A stretch of 64,000 nucleotides of DNA, from the NCBI GenBank assembly GCA_965153285.1, contig OZ229114.1. One strand, given 5' to 3'. Each line of letters opens with the position of its first letter. The stretch's first letter is position 1. Source of the DNA: Podarcis tiliguerta (Eukaryota). This document shows, in pieces, positions 23,759 to 37,697 of this stretch. The notes beneath the pieces were generated by a model. It was not told the origin of the DNA. It made no database searches and worked only from the letters and a program-made list of their open reading frames with translations. Position numbers and translations under genes: made by a program.

Positions 23759-25616
23759 AATTCATAGGGCATATGAATACACTTTTCAACTCCTCTGTAC
23801 CTTCTGGTTAGAAAAGGTGAGGCAAAAGGGTCCAAGAAACTTTTCTGTAACACCTTTCTCTCCTTTAGTCTTTATGTTGCGATTGCAGCAATATGTCCAC
23901 GGAGCATTTTACTCACAATAGCACTAATAGCTGTAGAATACTGCAGGCCTTCCAGCTGTAATTAGAATGATTTTCTGTGTAGCCAGACTTTTACTCATTA
24001 GTGAGCCTGAACTAGCTTCTTCTTACTTATTTCACTCACGATTAAAATGCTGCCATGGAGAAAATGTAAACAGCAACATAACACACTCAATTGGCTTTAA
24101 GGAATTTTTCAAAGAAGTGTAAGTCTGCAAGTGAACTTTTGAAATAACCAAAACAAATCAATAAAAATCATTGGCACTTCTAATATCATCTTGCAAGGCT
24201 GTTTAACTATGGGTGGTCCCATGCCTGCTGCTCTTTTGCAGATGGGTTCGAATATAATGCTAAGCCAAACTATGGGTTAGCCCCAGGTAGCACAGCAGGA
24301 GCAAGACTGAGGGGGAGAAACACAGCAACTATGATCCAGGAACCCACACATTTGCTTATTTGCACTAAGCCATCATTTGCCTTAGTATTGCATGCAGACC
24401 AGGTCCTTGTGGGTTATCTGTTTACTAACCAAAGTTGCCTATTGTGATTCCAGTTTCCATTGTTGTGTGATTTGTGTAAATATCCCAAACAATTTTACTG
24501 GATTCTGTAGCATTGTGTTTCATCTATTCTGTCCCAGGATACCACACCAGTGTGTTAGGACAACAAAGAAGTCAACTTTGTTATTCTCAAAAACTCTCCT
24601 CCCTTCCCACAAAAGAAAATAGGCTCCCCTTCAAAATCAGCCTCACATTAGCATGTGATGCTTCCTGAATTACTAAATGGAGTAGTCCAGATAAATTAAA
24701 ATGCTGCTCAGGAAGCCACCTCTTAATTTGCATTTGCAAAATGATCCGGCCAGTGAGACTAGAACCATTTAACAGTAAAAACACTTCTGAGATCAAGATT
24801 TCCTGTTAGCTGCTTAATACACTGTTTCTTTTCAACCAGAAGGAAGCAAAAAAAAAAGATGTGGAGATGTGGTAATTTGATTGGCGTGTGTGCGCATCTG
24901 CATTAATACTTTGGCCTTACAAATGAACTGCAGTTGAATAAGGTTTGCTCAGAATATTTCTCTCCTAGTTATCACTCAGCAGAGGACATTTTAAACTGTA
25001 ATCCTATGCACAGTAAAAGGGACTAGATTCCATGGAAGCCGGGGGGGGGGGCAATCTGAAGGCAAGATCCATTGTGATGAGCAGCTTAGGATGTAGCAGA
25101 TCTCCAGCTGAGCTGGGACATAGCCAGGATCCACCCTTCCGATATAACATTTCCTCCCCAAAGGGAGGAAGGGAAGATTCTCTTCAAATGTAAACAGCAG
25201 CTCCGAGGAGGTGATTTTTATGGGACAGCGGGAGGGAGAGAAAGAATTAAACTTCTCCTAACCATGTTCTTAATGCCACTCTCATATCCCCAGGGATGAA
25301 CTGTCCAAAAAGAAAAAAGAAAAAGAGGAAGCATGTTAATTGCAATATTGTAATGACGGTCATGTTTAATTAGGACCTGAACAAACACATATATGACCAC
25401 ACTGTTTGCATTTTAGACCGTAATTCTGTGCACACTGAACTCAGCGAGGTTTGCTTTTGGATAAGTATGCACCGGATTGTGCTGTCAGTGTTTCTGTATG
25501 CGCCATTTCAGATTTGAGTGGAGGGAAAATGAATATATATATTCTTTCATTCATTGGCAGTGGAGCATGACTCATAGAGAGGCTTAAAAATGCTTCAGAT
25601 GAAATTGCAACCAGTA

Positions 25617-25688
25617 GCCCCTGGTGGCACAGAAAGCAGAGAAACAGTGCCTGAAGCTCAGGGCTCCTGGTTCAATCCTACAGCGCCA
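25617..25688 (+). pseudogene. Degenerate tRNA-like sequence or old SINE head
   Basis: 72 nt with tggcacag A-box-like motif, ctgaagc loop, ggttcaatcc B box, ending in CCA. Confidence 0.4.
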
Positions 25689-25830
25689 ATACACTGCCCG
25701 CTCTATATAGCACCACTGCCTGTTTCTATGAGTAAAGGTCCTAAGATTGAGTTTCTGTGTTAAACCTTTGCAGTGGCATCTATCATTGGGCCAATATGGT
25801 GCATCACAAACTAAAAGTAGCTGTTTAGAA

Positions 25831-25968
25831 CAGGCATGGGGAACCTTTGGCCTTCCAGGTGTTGCTGAACTACAAATACTGTAAGCTCCAACAAGCATGG
25901 CCAACAGCCAGGGCTGATGGGAGTTGTAGTTCAGCAAGAACTAGAGGTCCAAATGTTCCTCACACCTA
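25831..25968. mobile_element. hAT MITE
   Basis: caggcatggggaacct...atgttcctcacaccta; TSD gtttagaa/gtctagaa; internal gatgggagttgtag motif shared with 4023-4158. Confidence 0.85.
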
Positions 25969-26841
25969 GTCTAGAATGTTCAAAGACGCTGGAGCAGAAG
26001 AACCTTAGCAGTTTGTGGCCAATGTAACTCAATCATGTAAGATCCTGCTAGAAAATGCTCATAAAAATTTCAGCTGAATTGGCAGAGATTTAGCCACATC
26101 TGGCTAAATGGTGGAGCACTTTCAAAAGGTGTTGGCAGGACATGGATGTTTGGTTCAGCCGCTTTGCTTCCATTCATCTCCGCTGCCGACATCAAAGTTT
26201 TGTCTTGCCAGATTTATGCTATGTTTGTTTTCAGCGAGTTTCACCTCCACTTTCTGCTAAAAGATACATTCACTTGCATGTATTCAAACAGAAGGTGGCA
26301 GATGGATTGGCGCATGCATTCTGAACCATTCAATCCTTCCACTTTCATAACTCAAATTTAAGAGACTTCAAACTATGCACCAAGCATGAGCTTTGCAAGC
26401 AATATTTCTTACCTTTTGTTATCTTCTCATTTCGAACAAACGTTTAAACAGAGATTTAGAAAAAACAGAATGTTCTAGAAGATTTCCTAGCTATAACTTT
26501 TCATTGGTATTCAAATGCACACAAGGAGGATATAATAATTTTGGAACGTAGTCTGTAAACATGAAGAATATCAGAAACACATCTAGTCTCATTTTGTCAA
26601 CAATTCATAAAAGTAGATCAGAGTTTAGGGTTGTGATGGAGACTTTGTTATTCAGATTGCTTTCTTTGACTCTATTAAAGTTAGACAGTTTGGAAATAGC
26701 AGGTAAATTCAAACCACTCATTTACCCATTATTTATTAGATGGTTTTTTCTAGTTCTCCACTATTTGACATATAGCTTCCTTCCCACAGTAAGTGTATCA
26801 GATAACTATTGACAATTTATCTTTTCATTATTAAGCTACTG

Positions 26842-26970
26842 CAGGAGTGGGAAACCTGTCTCCCTTGTTGGGCTGCAGCTCCCATCACTCCTTGCCATTA
26901 GCCACGCTGACTGGGGCTAGTGTGAGCTGACTCCCAACAACCCCTGGGAGGTGCCACATTGGCTACCGCT
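26842..26970. mobile_element. Degenerate hAT MITE (same ~135-bp family)
   Basis: caggagtgggaaacctgt...gctcccatcactcc. Confidence 0.6.
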
Positions 26971-27194
26971 GCATTAAAACCCATATGGTCAAATTATGGC
27001 TCAGCTGCCACCAGCAGCACAAGTAATCGTGCTTCACAGCCTTCCTCTCATACCCTCCAACATTTCCCTGATGAAAATTGGAACAGCCCATTCCATATCC
27101 TCCAACATTTATCTGATGAAAATTTGGGACATACGTCCTACTGTTGCCTCTTTTCTAGTTTAGACTAAGCTATTAGCACAAGTTGTTGCAAGAA

Positions 27195-27320
27195 TGTGGT
27201 CCCTGCATTCTTTCAGAAGTTGTTGGACTACAACTCCCATCTTCTCTGTCCATTGGCTATGGTAGCTGGAGATAATAGGAACTGGAGTCCAGCAACACCT
27301 GAAGAGACACAAGGTTAGGG
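27195..27320. mobile_element. Degenerate hAT MITE (same family)
   Basis: gttgttggactacaactcccatc...gtccagcaacacctg. Confidence 0.6.
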
Positions 27321-28249
27321 TTAGGGTTGTGGACAGTGATGGAGATCAAAATTTTATTGGGCATGTAGCTCCTTAGTTGTAAACCCAACGGTGCCCAGAG
27401 CAGCTTTGAATTCAACTAGTGCCAGGCTGCACTTTCAAATGCCCCCCTTTTTTAACCATTCAAGAGGTGGTGTGGGTGAACCAAAGCTGCCTTTGAAGAG
27501 GCAGAGGTGGATGCAAAGTTCAGAGAAAGTGTTTCTCTTTTCAACGGTGGGAGCATTAGCCCAGAGTTCAATCCAGCAGCGCTTCCTGGAACTCCTTTGT
27601 GATTACACAGCATCACCCATGCTAGGCTTTATAAGTAGCAAATTCCCTCTTAACATTTATAGAAAGCCTTGCCTGTATTCACAGCAGCAAAAGTTCCAAG
27701 AAGTGCTACCGAGTGGCAAAGTACAAGACTGTTCCTTACAAAATCATAAAATAAAATAAAGCCCTCTGCAGCCTCCCTTTATGGGAAAATAAGGTAAGCA
27801 GCATTGAGCCCCCCCCCCCCAGCCTCTTAAGAGATTTCTCAAACTTTGTTCTACGCTCACGAAAGGTGCAAAAGAAACAGCTCCCCAACTGGCCCTGTGA
27901 AATTATGTAACAGCTTTCAGGCTAGTCTGCTTTCAGCCTTGCCCAGGACCTCAGGAGAACTTCCCAATGGATTTGCTTCCAATCTCTATTTGGAAAAATC
28001 CGTGGCAAATCATTAAGCCAAGAGCCAAATTGCCACAGAATGTGTCCTGCGAGCACGACCAAAGGGGCTTTGGGCTTATGTTCCTTCACGTTAGCCTCAC
28101 ACACTGCATTTGAAATGGAGGGGACTTTCAGAAGGCAGTCGCGAGATGATATGGAAGTTTTGCTGTTGAAAGGATAATGTGCTTGAGCCCCTTTGGAGCA
28201 CAGGGGGTGAGTGCTCTGTTGCACTTAGCTCCTACTTACAAAGCTTCTT

Positions 28250-28335
28250 GTAGACATCTGATCAGCTACTGTGAGAGCAGGAGACTGGACTAGATGGGCC
28301 TTGGCTTGATTCAGCTGGGCTTGTTTGGTGCCTTA
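28250..28335 (+). mobile_element. CR1-type 3' end
   Basis: actgtgagagcaggagactggactagatgggcc...gcttgattcagc. Confidence 0.55.
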
Positions 28336-31300
28336 ACTAGGGATGTGGAAGTGTGTAACAATGGATGGTTGTTTTGGCCCCCCTGCCAAAATAGCTCTGC
28401 CTAGAGAACTTGGACCTTTTGGATGTAAATTGTCTGTTCTGCTGCCAATAGGGCCCCCTCCCCTCCAAAGACCCTAAATCAATGTTGTTGTTGTTTTTTC
28501 AGCCTCCGTCTTTTGAACAGGGGAGAAAAAGAAAATAGCACAAAACAGCTCCTTTTCTGTTGAAGAATTAACCGTTTTTTGCAGTCTGTGGGAAACAATG
28601 GCAGAGAGAAATTCTCCTTCTCTGCAGATCTCCAGAAAGTTTAAGGAGTCTTTCAACTTCACTCTTCAAAGACTGTAAGAAAAAGCACCCAAAGAACCAT
28701 GTTATATTCCATGTTTGATCAGCTGTATTCTTAGGCATGTACTCAACACTTCTGAAGGGGGGAAAGAGAGAAAAAACACTATTAAGCATTCAGACTGAAG
28801 TTAGTGTGGCATGTATATTGAAGGGAGAATTCGGCTGACAGTAGGGCTCCCTCTTTCTTCTGTATCTTGTTAGTTAAAGAAATAAACAAGCACAACACCT
28901 CACTAGAAAAGAATGGCCTGTGTAAGAGCAGCTTGTAAAGCCAAGCTGACAACTACTTGGGAATGATTCATAATACTTCAAAGTCAGCTGCAAATTAAGA
29001 GGGTCAGGTGCTTTTAAATATTTGATAGGCCGAGACAGGGAGAGGTTTTCCATTAGGGAATTGCCACTGGAAAGGCGAGCCTGTTTCTCTTGCGTAACTC
29101 CTTTTGTATCTGCCATGTCCCCAACTCAAGAGAACACAAGATGTGTCGCGGTACAGGAAATGGGATATGAGCACCTGCAGCAAGCTCTCATTTTGCATGC
29201 AATGGAACATATTCACCCATATTTTCAATGGAAACTCATGGAGTCAATGTGGTCCAGACATTCCTCCGGAGGTTCCGAGGAGTCTGCTTTCCCTTCTCGC
29301 TAGCAGACAAAATGTAAACATGAAAAAAAGGGAGCTAGGGCTGAGCCAAAGTTGGGTGGATTTGATTTGAATAGCAATGGTTTCCAAAGTAGGCAATACT
29401 GACCCCTGGGAGGCGGCAGGAGGGCATCAGAAGTGTAAATGACCACCAGACTTTGAAAAGCTGCTATCACTGGTTCAAGTTCACCTTTTTGTTGAATTAA
29501 TTAAACTAAATGGTTTTAATTGGATTTTGAATAAATATGGCATTCAAGCCAACTTGAATAAAGTATTGGTCGACATAATCTATCACAAGATGAGGTACAC
29601 ACAAAGCATTTGAATGGCTATGGCTATCAACCTGGGGGGGGGGGCAGCCTCCTCAAATATTTCATTGGGGGGATGAAGGGACCTTGGCCCCTAGGAATGG
29701 GCTGCTATGCTGCCATTAATTGTTACTGTTTTGAATTGTATTGTCTTTTTCTTTTCCTTATTGGGTCACGCAAAGCACTATTCCAGATAATACTTTTTAT
29801 AGAGTAGGGGCACTGGGGATGAGTTATGGAACCTGTCGAGATTTCCATTCCACCTTAAGGAGCAGACATGTGGAACTGTTGCGTGTCACATGTCTGTTTA
29901 CATTCCAGCACAGCTTGCCGGGAACTTCCGTTGTGTATAGCTTTTGCTTTCCCCCGTTCTCTCTGAGAAGACAAGAGAGAGAGATGGCATGTTTCTTTGT
30001 CCTGATTTATGATTAATAAATCTGTAGTTGTAGCATGCTTCACAAGCCTCATGCCTATTCTGTGTGTGCAGTTCGCTCTGCTGATAGTGTGCCCTGGCTT
30101 TGAAGCCCAGGTCTCTGATTTACATTGGAGCAGAGGCTGATGTTCCTCACAGTGGGACGGCTGGAAGGAAACAGCCCAGCTGGGGCTTGCCAGCTGGCCT
30201 CCCGGCCCTCTGCATGTCGACAGAACCAAGAGGGTAATGGTCTGAAAAACTTTGGGAACCACTGGGCTTAAGCATTTACATAGGTCTCAGCTAACACACA
30301 CACTCCACTCAGCTAACTGGTGGAAATTAAGGTGGGAATAGGAAATCAGGTGTGTTGATGTCTGTCAAGGCATAATTTGGTGGGTGAATAGGTTTCTCAG
30401 ACCTACAAGGCTAGGGGGCAGGAGGACATGTCCCATGTGAAGCGGGCCAACCCAGAACAAATCACCTCAGTCTGATAAAGACTTACTCACTTATTTAGCC
30501 AATCACTGTCTGGAAATCCATGGAACACTTGTCTGCTTTGGTCACTGAAAGCCATGACAATTCAAGCACATTCCTACAATTGTGCAAAAGTCACAGTTTC
30601 CCTTGTGCTAAATTGCAGTAAACGTCAGTCAGGAGAGAACCCAAATTGCAATTTGCTCCGGCTGAGCACTAAAGAGTAGTTTTCCCCAGGGGAAAGAAGC
30701 AGGGCAAGAAGAAGTGTGAATGAGCCCTTTGTTTTACCTTTTCATTTTTGCAAAAGTATAAAACTCTGTTTTATTCCACTTCCTGATTCCCACATAGTTC
30801 AGTAATTATGGGACAGGGCAGAAAACTGCTGAGTAAAACATGTTGAAGCATCATCAACGGGAAGCGAAGAAAAACATGACTCAGGGTTGATTCAGTAGAG
30901 GATTGCCTGTACCTCTTCAAGTTGGTTTAAATCTGACATTTATTTTCCAGCTGACAGGAGAGAACAATTATGTCCGAAACAAAAATGGGTATTCTTTTCA
31001 GAGGCACCCACACGGTAGACGGGTTTTATGTTCTCATCCTATCACTTCCAGGTATACATCAGCCATACCTGCATGTCATTTCTTGATTACTAACACCTTC
31101 CATCTTAACGGCCAATTTCGATTTTAAGCAAAGGTGTTTTCCTATGTGAACGGAGGAGGGCTATTTTAGACATAAACACAAAAAGATGCTGTACGGATTT
31201 TCAGAATACGCAGCACTATCTCAATCTTTTCTCCTCAGCCTGCAAAGATGTAGAATGAACAAGGTAACAGGCAAAGCTCTGTATATTTTGTTCCACTGTG

Positions 31301-34147
31301 GGGTGGTTTGCTCTGGGCAGAAATAAAGCTGCTTTGGGGAAGCCTGGTCGATGTCCTCTGTACAATCTCAGCTACGCAATTCTCTCTGTACACATCCGTG
31401 GAGCGATACGATCAATGATTCCACTGGAAAGCCTATAATGATCACTCAGGCAAAATATTGATCAAACCAGTGCTAGGAAGCAATTCATGGTGTGGCTTTA
31501 TTTGAGGCCATGGCCACAGGGGGTTTGCCACACGCTCGGGAATATCCATCTGTTGAATTTTCAGCTTTCACTAGGTTTTCAGGAAGTTGTTCGTTTACTT
31601 ACAGCAGGGGTGGGGTGATGTGAGTTTGGGTCCAACAACATACGGAAGGCCACAGGTTCCCTATCCTTGATCTAAATAATGCTACTAAGCACTAATACTA
31701 AAGCCTATCACTTGCATGTGTGACTGCACCAGGATCTACCATAGGCCACAGAGGGTAGGTCTACACACAGAGGAAAAAAAATGCTATAAATAAGTCAGAA
31801 ATTAAATCATTATAACAAAAGAAAAAACCGCTATGGAAAATCGCTGAGATATTTTTTTGCTCTCTAGCACCATCTGCTGTTGCATGTTTATAATGCATTC
31901 AGAACACTGGTTTTTGCCTAATGTTGCTGAGTCCAGAGTGCTCATTCCACATGTCAGCTGATACAGAATGCTTTTTCAACATTTTACACATTTTAGGTGG
32001 AGGTTATTGTGTATTAGTTTGTCAAAACATAAAAGTGGGGAAACAACTAAGTCTATACTTAGAAAAATAATAAATAATCAAGTGATGAGACATCAGGTTA
32101 TGTGCAGGCATGTACAAACCAGCCCTTTCTGATACCAGGGCAAAAAATCAGGGTGTTTTTTTTCTTTCTCTCTCTTGCAAACTGAGAAATATTGATGGGT
32201 GGGGAGTTAAGACAGCCCCACCTTCCTCACTTTGCTCGTCAAAACTACAGGATCAGATTGCCAACACAGCAAAGGAAACCAGGGCTTGCTTCTACGGGGC
32301 TTAGAGGAGAGAATATATTGCTGCATAGACCATCAGAGGTCTCTGCTAACTGTGCTTCATACATCTGTTGCGATCTGTAGCTTGGGCATACATAAGCAGC
32401 AGGGAGCCCTGCACTTTCACGAAGGTGTCAATATTGCAATGGAGTCTGAGTCATTACCCACTTCCTTCAAATTACCTGTAAAGAGAGCTCAGTGATATGA
32501 GAGGAGATCGGTTGCAGAACGGTACTGTATGCCACGGTAAATTCTATTATTAGAGCTCTTAGACTTTTAGCCCGCATAATGTACATTACCCTCTGCAATG
32601 AGTCTGAGGCTCTCAGGCCATGCCCAGTAAAGTAGGCAACTACTACATTTCATTTGAACAGGTGATGGGAGTCTCAGTGCAGAGTACTACAGAGATAAGC
32701 AGCAGGCTCCATTATCTAGCCCTTCTTTTTGGCCCAGGACCACACTTCCTCATGTGCAATGTTTGGAGGGGTGTGCCACATGCCAGGGATGGACAGGGAG
32801 AGATGCAAACATGGAATGGGCAATGGATGTGATTCTTACTCTTTTACTGAGGCTTTTTCCAGCCACATCAAAGTGAGAAGTCTCTACACCCTCACCCTCT
32901 CTCTGCATCCTCCATCCAGGCGAGTAAGAAACGTTATCAGAATTCAAGGACATATTCCAGCCTGGCAAATATACTTGGGGAGAGTACTGAGCTGGATTGA
33001 TGTGTGTGATCTGCACAGAGTCCCAATGGCTTGATAGGGTGAGCTGGACAGCCTGAGGCTTCTCACCCCTGATCTACAGGATGGTGACAACCTCTCCAGA
33101 TACCATCTGAAGCAAAACTGTTGGGAGAATCCCTTCTCTGAAATAGAATTGCTGGTTGATCCTGGAAAACATTACACACACAGCACGATACCCACAGGTC
33201 TCAGGCGGTTCACAGATCTTATACATCCCCAAGGCTCACTTCTGAATGGCTGATTTAACTCAGCATTGGTTTAGACTAACTGATGTTTCAATGCTTGCCT
33301 AATCCTCATCAATGAGCTTGTTGGAGAGAGAGAGGTTTGGAAGAGCGATTCCTACTCTCCAGTAGCAGAGCTAAGCACAATGGTGATTGCTACCAAGTAC
33401 ATTAAAACTTTGTTAGATTTGCATCTGCCCCCACTCACCTGTAAACAAACATTCCAAACGAAAACGCATAGGTTAAATTAAATCACAGGTAATTAGCTTT
33501 GCAAATAAGTGAAGATTTTACTCACAGAATTTTAGAAGTTACAGAAAACCAATCTCCATCTGTTAGCAGTAAAATAAAGAAGATGGAGAAGCTTCCAATT
33601 AAAGAGAATAACTTGGCTTCCTTACAAAAGAATCTTGCTGTCTTTGTGTTAGCAAAGATGCAGTCCTTTTAGACAGTCTCTTCAGTCACATGCAACATTT
33701 TCTAAGCTGAAGGGAGCCTGCGAAGCAATAGCTACAGGCAACTTGAACTCAGGACTCAGGTTAACCCTTTCATGCATGCAACTCAGCAACTGTTTATTAC
33801 AACACATGTCAGGAGCACTATTCACATTGCTTCTGCACTCAGCTGCCAGTTCTCTCATACAATACAGTAATAACCGCGTACCCAGTTCTGGGCTGAGCGG
33901 CTGTTGCGGCCCACCATGGCACTTCCGTATGCTCAGAGAGCCTTGCTACGTTCTTGTAGCCATTACCGCCCCACCCCCGGCCGCCGTCAAGCATTGTAGC
34001 CCACTGCCAAGCCCTCCAATTCAGCCAATTCATGGTGCCCTGGGGTGTGGGGTTTGGGGAGTGGACCTGAGGATTGAGTCTTCACTCAGGTTCACCCATC
34101 ACTTTACCACTGGAAGAAAGGTTGCCTGGAAAGTGTAGAAAACCAAT

Positions 34148-34262
34148 TCCTTGAGTGCGTTCAAGAAAAAGCTGGACGTCCCTTTGTTGGAGATGCTGTA
34201 AATATAAGGGATCTGCTCTTGATAGGAATTGGTCTGGGTAGCCTTCCTGACTCTATGATTTT
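34148..34262 (+). mobile_element. CR1 LINE 3' end, degenerate
   Basis: ttcaagaaaaagctggac...ccttcctgactctatgatt. Confidence 0.55.
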
Positions 34263-34284
34263 TTCATTGTTGTTATCCTCTACT

Positions 34285-34400
34285 GCAGGGGTGGAGACCT
34301 GTGGCTTTTTAGATAGCTCTCATCATCCATATTCACTAGCTATGCTGCTTGGGACTAAAGGGAGGTGGAGTCCCACAACATCACAGTTTCCCTCTCTTTG
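34285..34400. mobile_element. Degenerate hAT MITE
   Basis: caggggtggagacctgtggc...gggaggtggagtcc. Confidence 0.55.
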
Positions 34401-35209
34401 ATCTATGGGCTCCTATCGGTCTGATTGGTTAGTACTGCACAACCTAAGTATCTTGTAAACTTTCACATTTGTTTGAGTCCTTGCACTTTTCCTCAGATAC
34501 AAAAATGCTTCCAGTGGATCTAAGGTTAATGCCGCCAGTCCTCACAGCATGGAAGAGGTTGCTGACTTTTGTAGCTATCCACTGAAATCTCTTTGGTTTT
34601 CAGACAAGTGGCACTTTCTGAATGCTAGTGTTAGTCTGACAGCTTTTGATTATATTTCAGTTTTGATGTTCTCAAGTTTATTGCCTACGTGCCCAGCCCT
34701 GGCACATTCTGTTGCTTTCCTCCTTGATGTTACTTGAAATTCTTACTTTTGCTGGATGGTTTTGGGGTGGTGCATAATATACTTTTCTTTTGCACAGGGG
34801 CTTCCATGATATGTTTTCCATAAAATGAGCCTTATTTATTGTGGATGTGACCTTTCCCTCACCGCAGGTCAAGATATCAAATGGAAATTCTCTGTACACC
34901 ACACATACTTCTTAAGAAAAGGGCAGTCGTCAGACGCTCAGTGTTCAGTGTCTCCCTGAAATGTTTTATTTGCCTTTTTCATTTATGGAATGGATTGATT
35001 TTTTATTGTCCTCAACCCCTCTTTCCTCTAGTGAATTTAGTGCCTTATGAAAGATTCTTTGCTCTGACAGCACCAGAGGCTGGATTTCTCTCACTAACCA
35101 AAGAGCAACAAAAGAGGATTGAGTGACAGAAGCTAGAACTTTATCCTCGATATGGAAACATCACTGTAATGGATTTTCTGTCCCCCAGCCCCATGATTTT
35201 GAGTGATAT

Positions 35210-35756
35210 TAGGGATGGGTGCATCTGCAAGTTTTGTTGCCCATGGTTTCTGATTTTTCCAAGCTTAAGTTCAGTTCTCCTCATTTCCACATCAGTTTTT
35301 GACTTTTCTAAACCCCTCATGAACATTAACCAGCATATTATGATCATCATTAATTATTACCTGCCCTTCACCCTAAGGTCCCAAGGCAGGTTACAACATT
35401 AAAACCCATCAGTGCAAATTTATCTGAATACATCCATTTTTTGCATGCAATTTCGCCCAATACGCACATGTTTTGCAAAGCAATTTCCCCCCCCCCCCAA
35501 CATACTGCATTTTTGTATGTTATGTTCACTAAAGCATATATTGGGGAAAAGAACTTACAAATAAGCATTATATCAGGGGAAATTGCTTTGCAAATATGTG
35601 TATATTTTTTATGCACAGTACTTGGCATTGCAAAATTCATAGATGTGAAAATTGTGAAGGGCGGCTGTTTTTCTGCTTGCATGTTGTTTCAGAAAGTGTC
35701 AATTAGGTAGGCTCACCTTTAAATGCAAACTGAATAGAATTCCTCCCCCATCCCTG
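35210..35756. mobile_element. Old non-autonomous hAT-like DNA transposon
   Basis: TAGGGATGGG...CCCATCCCTG termini; AT-rich tgcatttttg sub-repeats; short L2-tail insertion ~35340-35403. Confidence 0.7.
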
Positions 35757-36070
35757 GGAGATGCTGTCTATCAGAGAAATACCTGTTATTATGATGGAAA
35801 GGGGGAAGGCCCAAAGAACTCAAAACGGGATAAATATTGAATCTCACCATCATAATAAACACAACTCTTGTCAAAAGCAACAAAAATGGCAAGACTCAAA
35901 TTCTCATACGCTGCCAGAATCTTCTTAAAATACTGAACACAGTGGGGACTCAGCTACATTTAGTAAAGAAACAGCAATTTGAATGCGCTATAAACATGCA
36001 ACACCAAATAACGCCAGAGGGCAGGCAATTTTAAAACACAATTTTCCATAGATATTTTTTTCCTATTGTT

Positions 36071-36752
36071 GTTGTTGTTTAGTCATTTAGTCGTGTCTGA
36101 CTCTTCGTGACCCCATGGACCAGAGCACTCCAGGCACTCCTGTCTTCCACTGCCTCCCGCAGTTTGGTCAAAGTCATGCTGGTAGCTTCGAGAACACTGT
36201 CCAACCATCTGTCGTCCCCTTCTCCTTGTGCCCTCCATCTTTCCCAACATCAGGGTCTTTTCCAGGGAGTCTTCTCTTCTCATGAGGTAGCCAAAGTATT
36301 GGAGCCAGCTTCACGATCTGTCCTTCCAGTGAGCACTCAGGGCTGATTTCCTTAAGAATGGATAGGTTTGATCTTCTTGCAGTCCATGTGACTCTCAAGA
36401 GTCTTCTCCAACACCATAATTCAAAAGCATCAATTCTTCGGTGATCAGCCTTCTTTATGGTCCAGCTTTCACTTCCATACATCACTACTGGGAAAACCAT
36501 AGCTTTAACTATATGGACCTTTGTTGGCAAGGTGATCTCTCTGCTTTTTATGATGCTGTCTAGGTTTGTCATTGCTTTTCTCCCAAGAAGCAGGCGTCTT
36601 TTAATTTCGTGACTGTTGTCACCAACTGCAGTGATCATGGAGCCCAAGAAAGTAAAATCTTTCACTGCCTCCATTTCTTCCCCTTCTATTTGCCAGGAGG
36701 TAATCGGACCAGTGGCCATGATCTTCGTTTTTTTATGTTGAGCTTCAGACCA
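36071..36752 (-). mobile_element. RTE-BovB LINE, 5'-truncated
   Basis: ORF 36174..36719 ...DFTFLGSMIT...EIKRRLLLGRKAM...VFPVVMYGSESWTIKK...IDAFELWCWRRLLRV; (CAA)n tail; TSD TTCCTATTGTT. Confidence 0.97.
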
Positions 36753-36844
36753 TTCCTATTGTTAAAACGATCTAATTTCTGACTTATTTATAGCATTTCC
36801 CCCCTGTGCTTAGCACCACCCTGGGTGAGCTTCAGCTAAACAGG

Positions 36845-36985
36845 ATAGCCCTAGAGCATGGTGCTGATAGCGCCAATGTTGCAGGTTCAATCCCCATATG
36901 GGATAGCTGCAGATCCCTCCATTGCAGGGGGTTAAACTAGATGATCCTCAGGGGACTTCCAACTCTACAATCCTGTGATTCTATT
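36845..36985 (+). mobile_element. tRNA-derived SINE with CR1-type 3' tail
   Basis: agagcatggtgctgatagcgccaatgttgcaggttcaatcccc head; actagatgatcctcagggg..ttccaactctacaatcctgtgattcta tail. Confidence 0.75.
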
Positions 36986-37029
36986 ATCAGCACAAGAAGC
37001 TCAGAAGTTGAAATGGTTTCATAGGTACA

Positions 37030-37540
37030 CAGGGCCAGATTTAGGTTTGATGAGGCCCTAAGCTACTGAAGTTAATGGGGCCCTTTATATGTCCAGCTGC
37101 CCTTTGTCAACGACAAATGGTCACTGTTTTTTATGCTGAATATATGCTATATGGTAATTTATGGAACTAATAGGTATCTAAAGCCATTTGTACATAACAA
37201 AATATGTGTTTTATCAAAGTAATTGTTGAACTGAAATACAATTAAGAAGAAGTATATTGATAGTGAAATACAATTAAGAAGTATATTAATTGTGAAATAG
37301 TTATTAAGCTCTAACTTAATATGATTTTTGATTCATAACAGACTTAATAATACAAACGCATTGGCATTTGGCAACAACAAAAGTTCCTTTAGAAACACAA
37401 TTTACAAAGACTCATAATCTAGTCTCTAGAAACTTGCTATAACATGAAACAATAATAGGTGTAAATATATGATGCAAACTTCTAATAATTATAGATAGCA
37501 GAATGTAGGCACCCTATATATAGAAATGAGTAAACCAGTA
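37030..37540. mobile_element. hAT (Tip100-like) DNA transposon fragment
   Basis: Begins CAGGGCCAGATTTAGG...ggccc motifs, AT-rich interior; other end not found. Confidence 0.55.
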
Positions 37541-37697
37541 GGCGGAGACCTCCAGGTATCCCACCTGAGGGAAGGCAAAGCCAAGCCTATGCTGATGGAG
37601 CCGCTCCAGATCCAGGGGCTGTGCGCGTCCATGCAAAGGGCGCCCCCCCCTGTTTTAAGCAGGGAGCGGTCATTGTCACCAAGTATAATATTGATAG

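Noticed and set aside
28572-28672. Possible minus-strand exon SLKSEVERLLKLSGDLQRRRISL...
   Set aside because: Acceptor plausible but donor weak (G|GTTAAT) and peptide unrecognised
29374-30264. hAT-like ends caatggtttccaaagt ... actttgggaaccactg as one 890-bp element
   Set aside because: No matching 8-bp TSD and a heterogeneous interior; probably separate fragments
31862-31882. CTCF-like motif (cagcagatggtgcta on minus strand)
   Set aside because: Single motif, probably within an old repeat; cannot be supported from sequence alone
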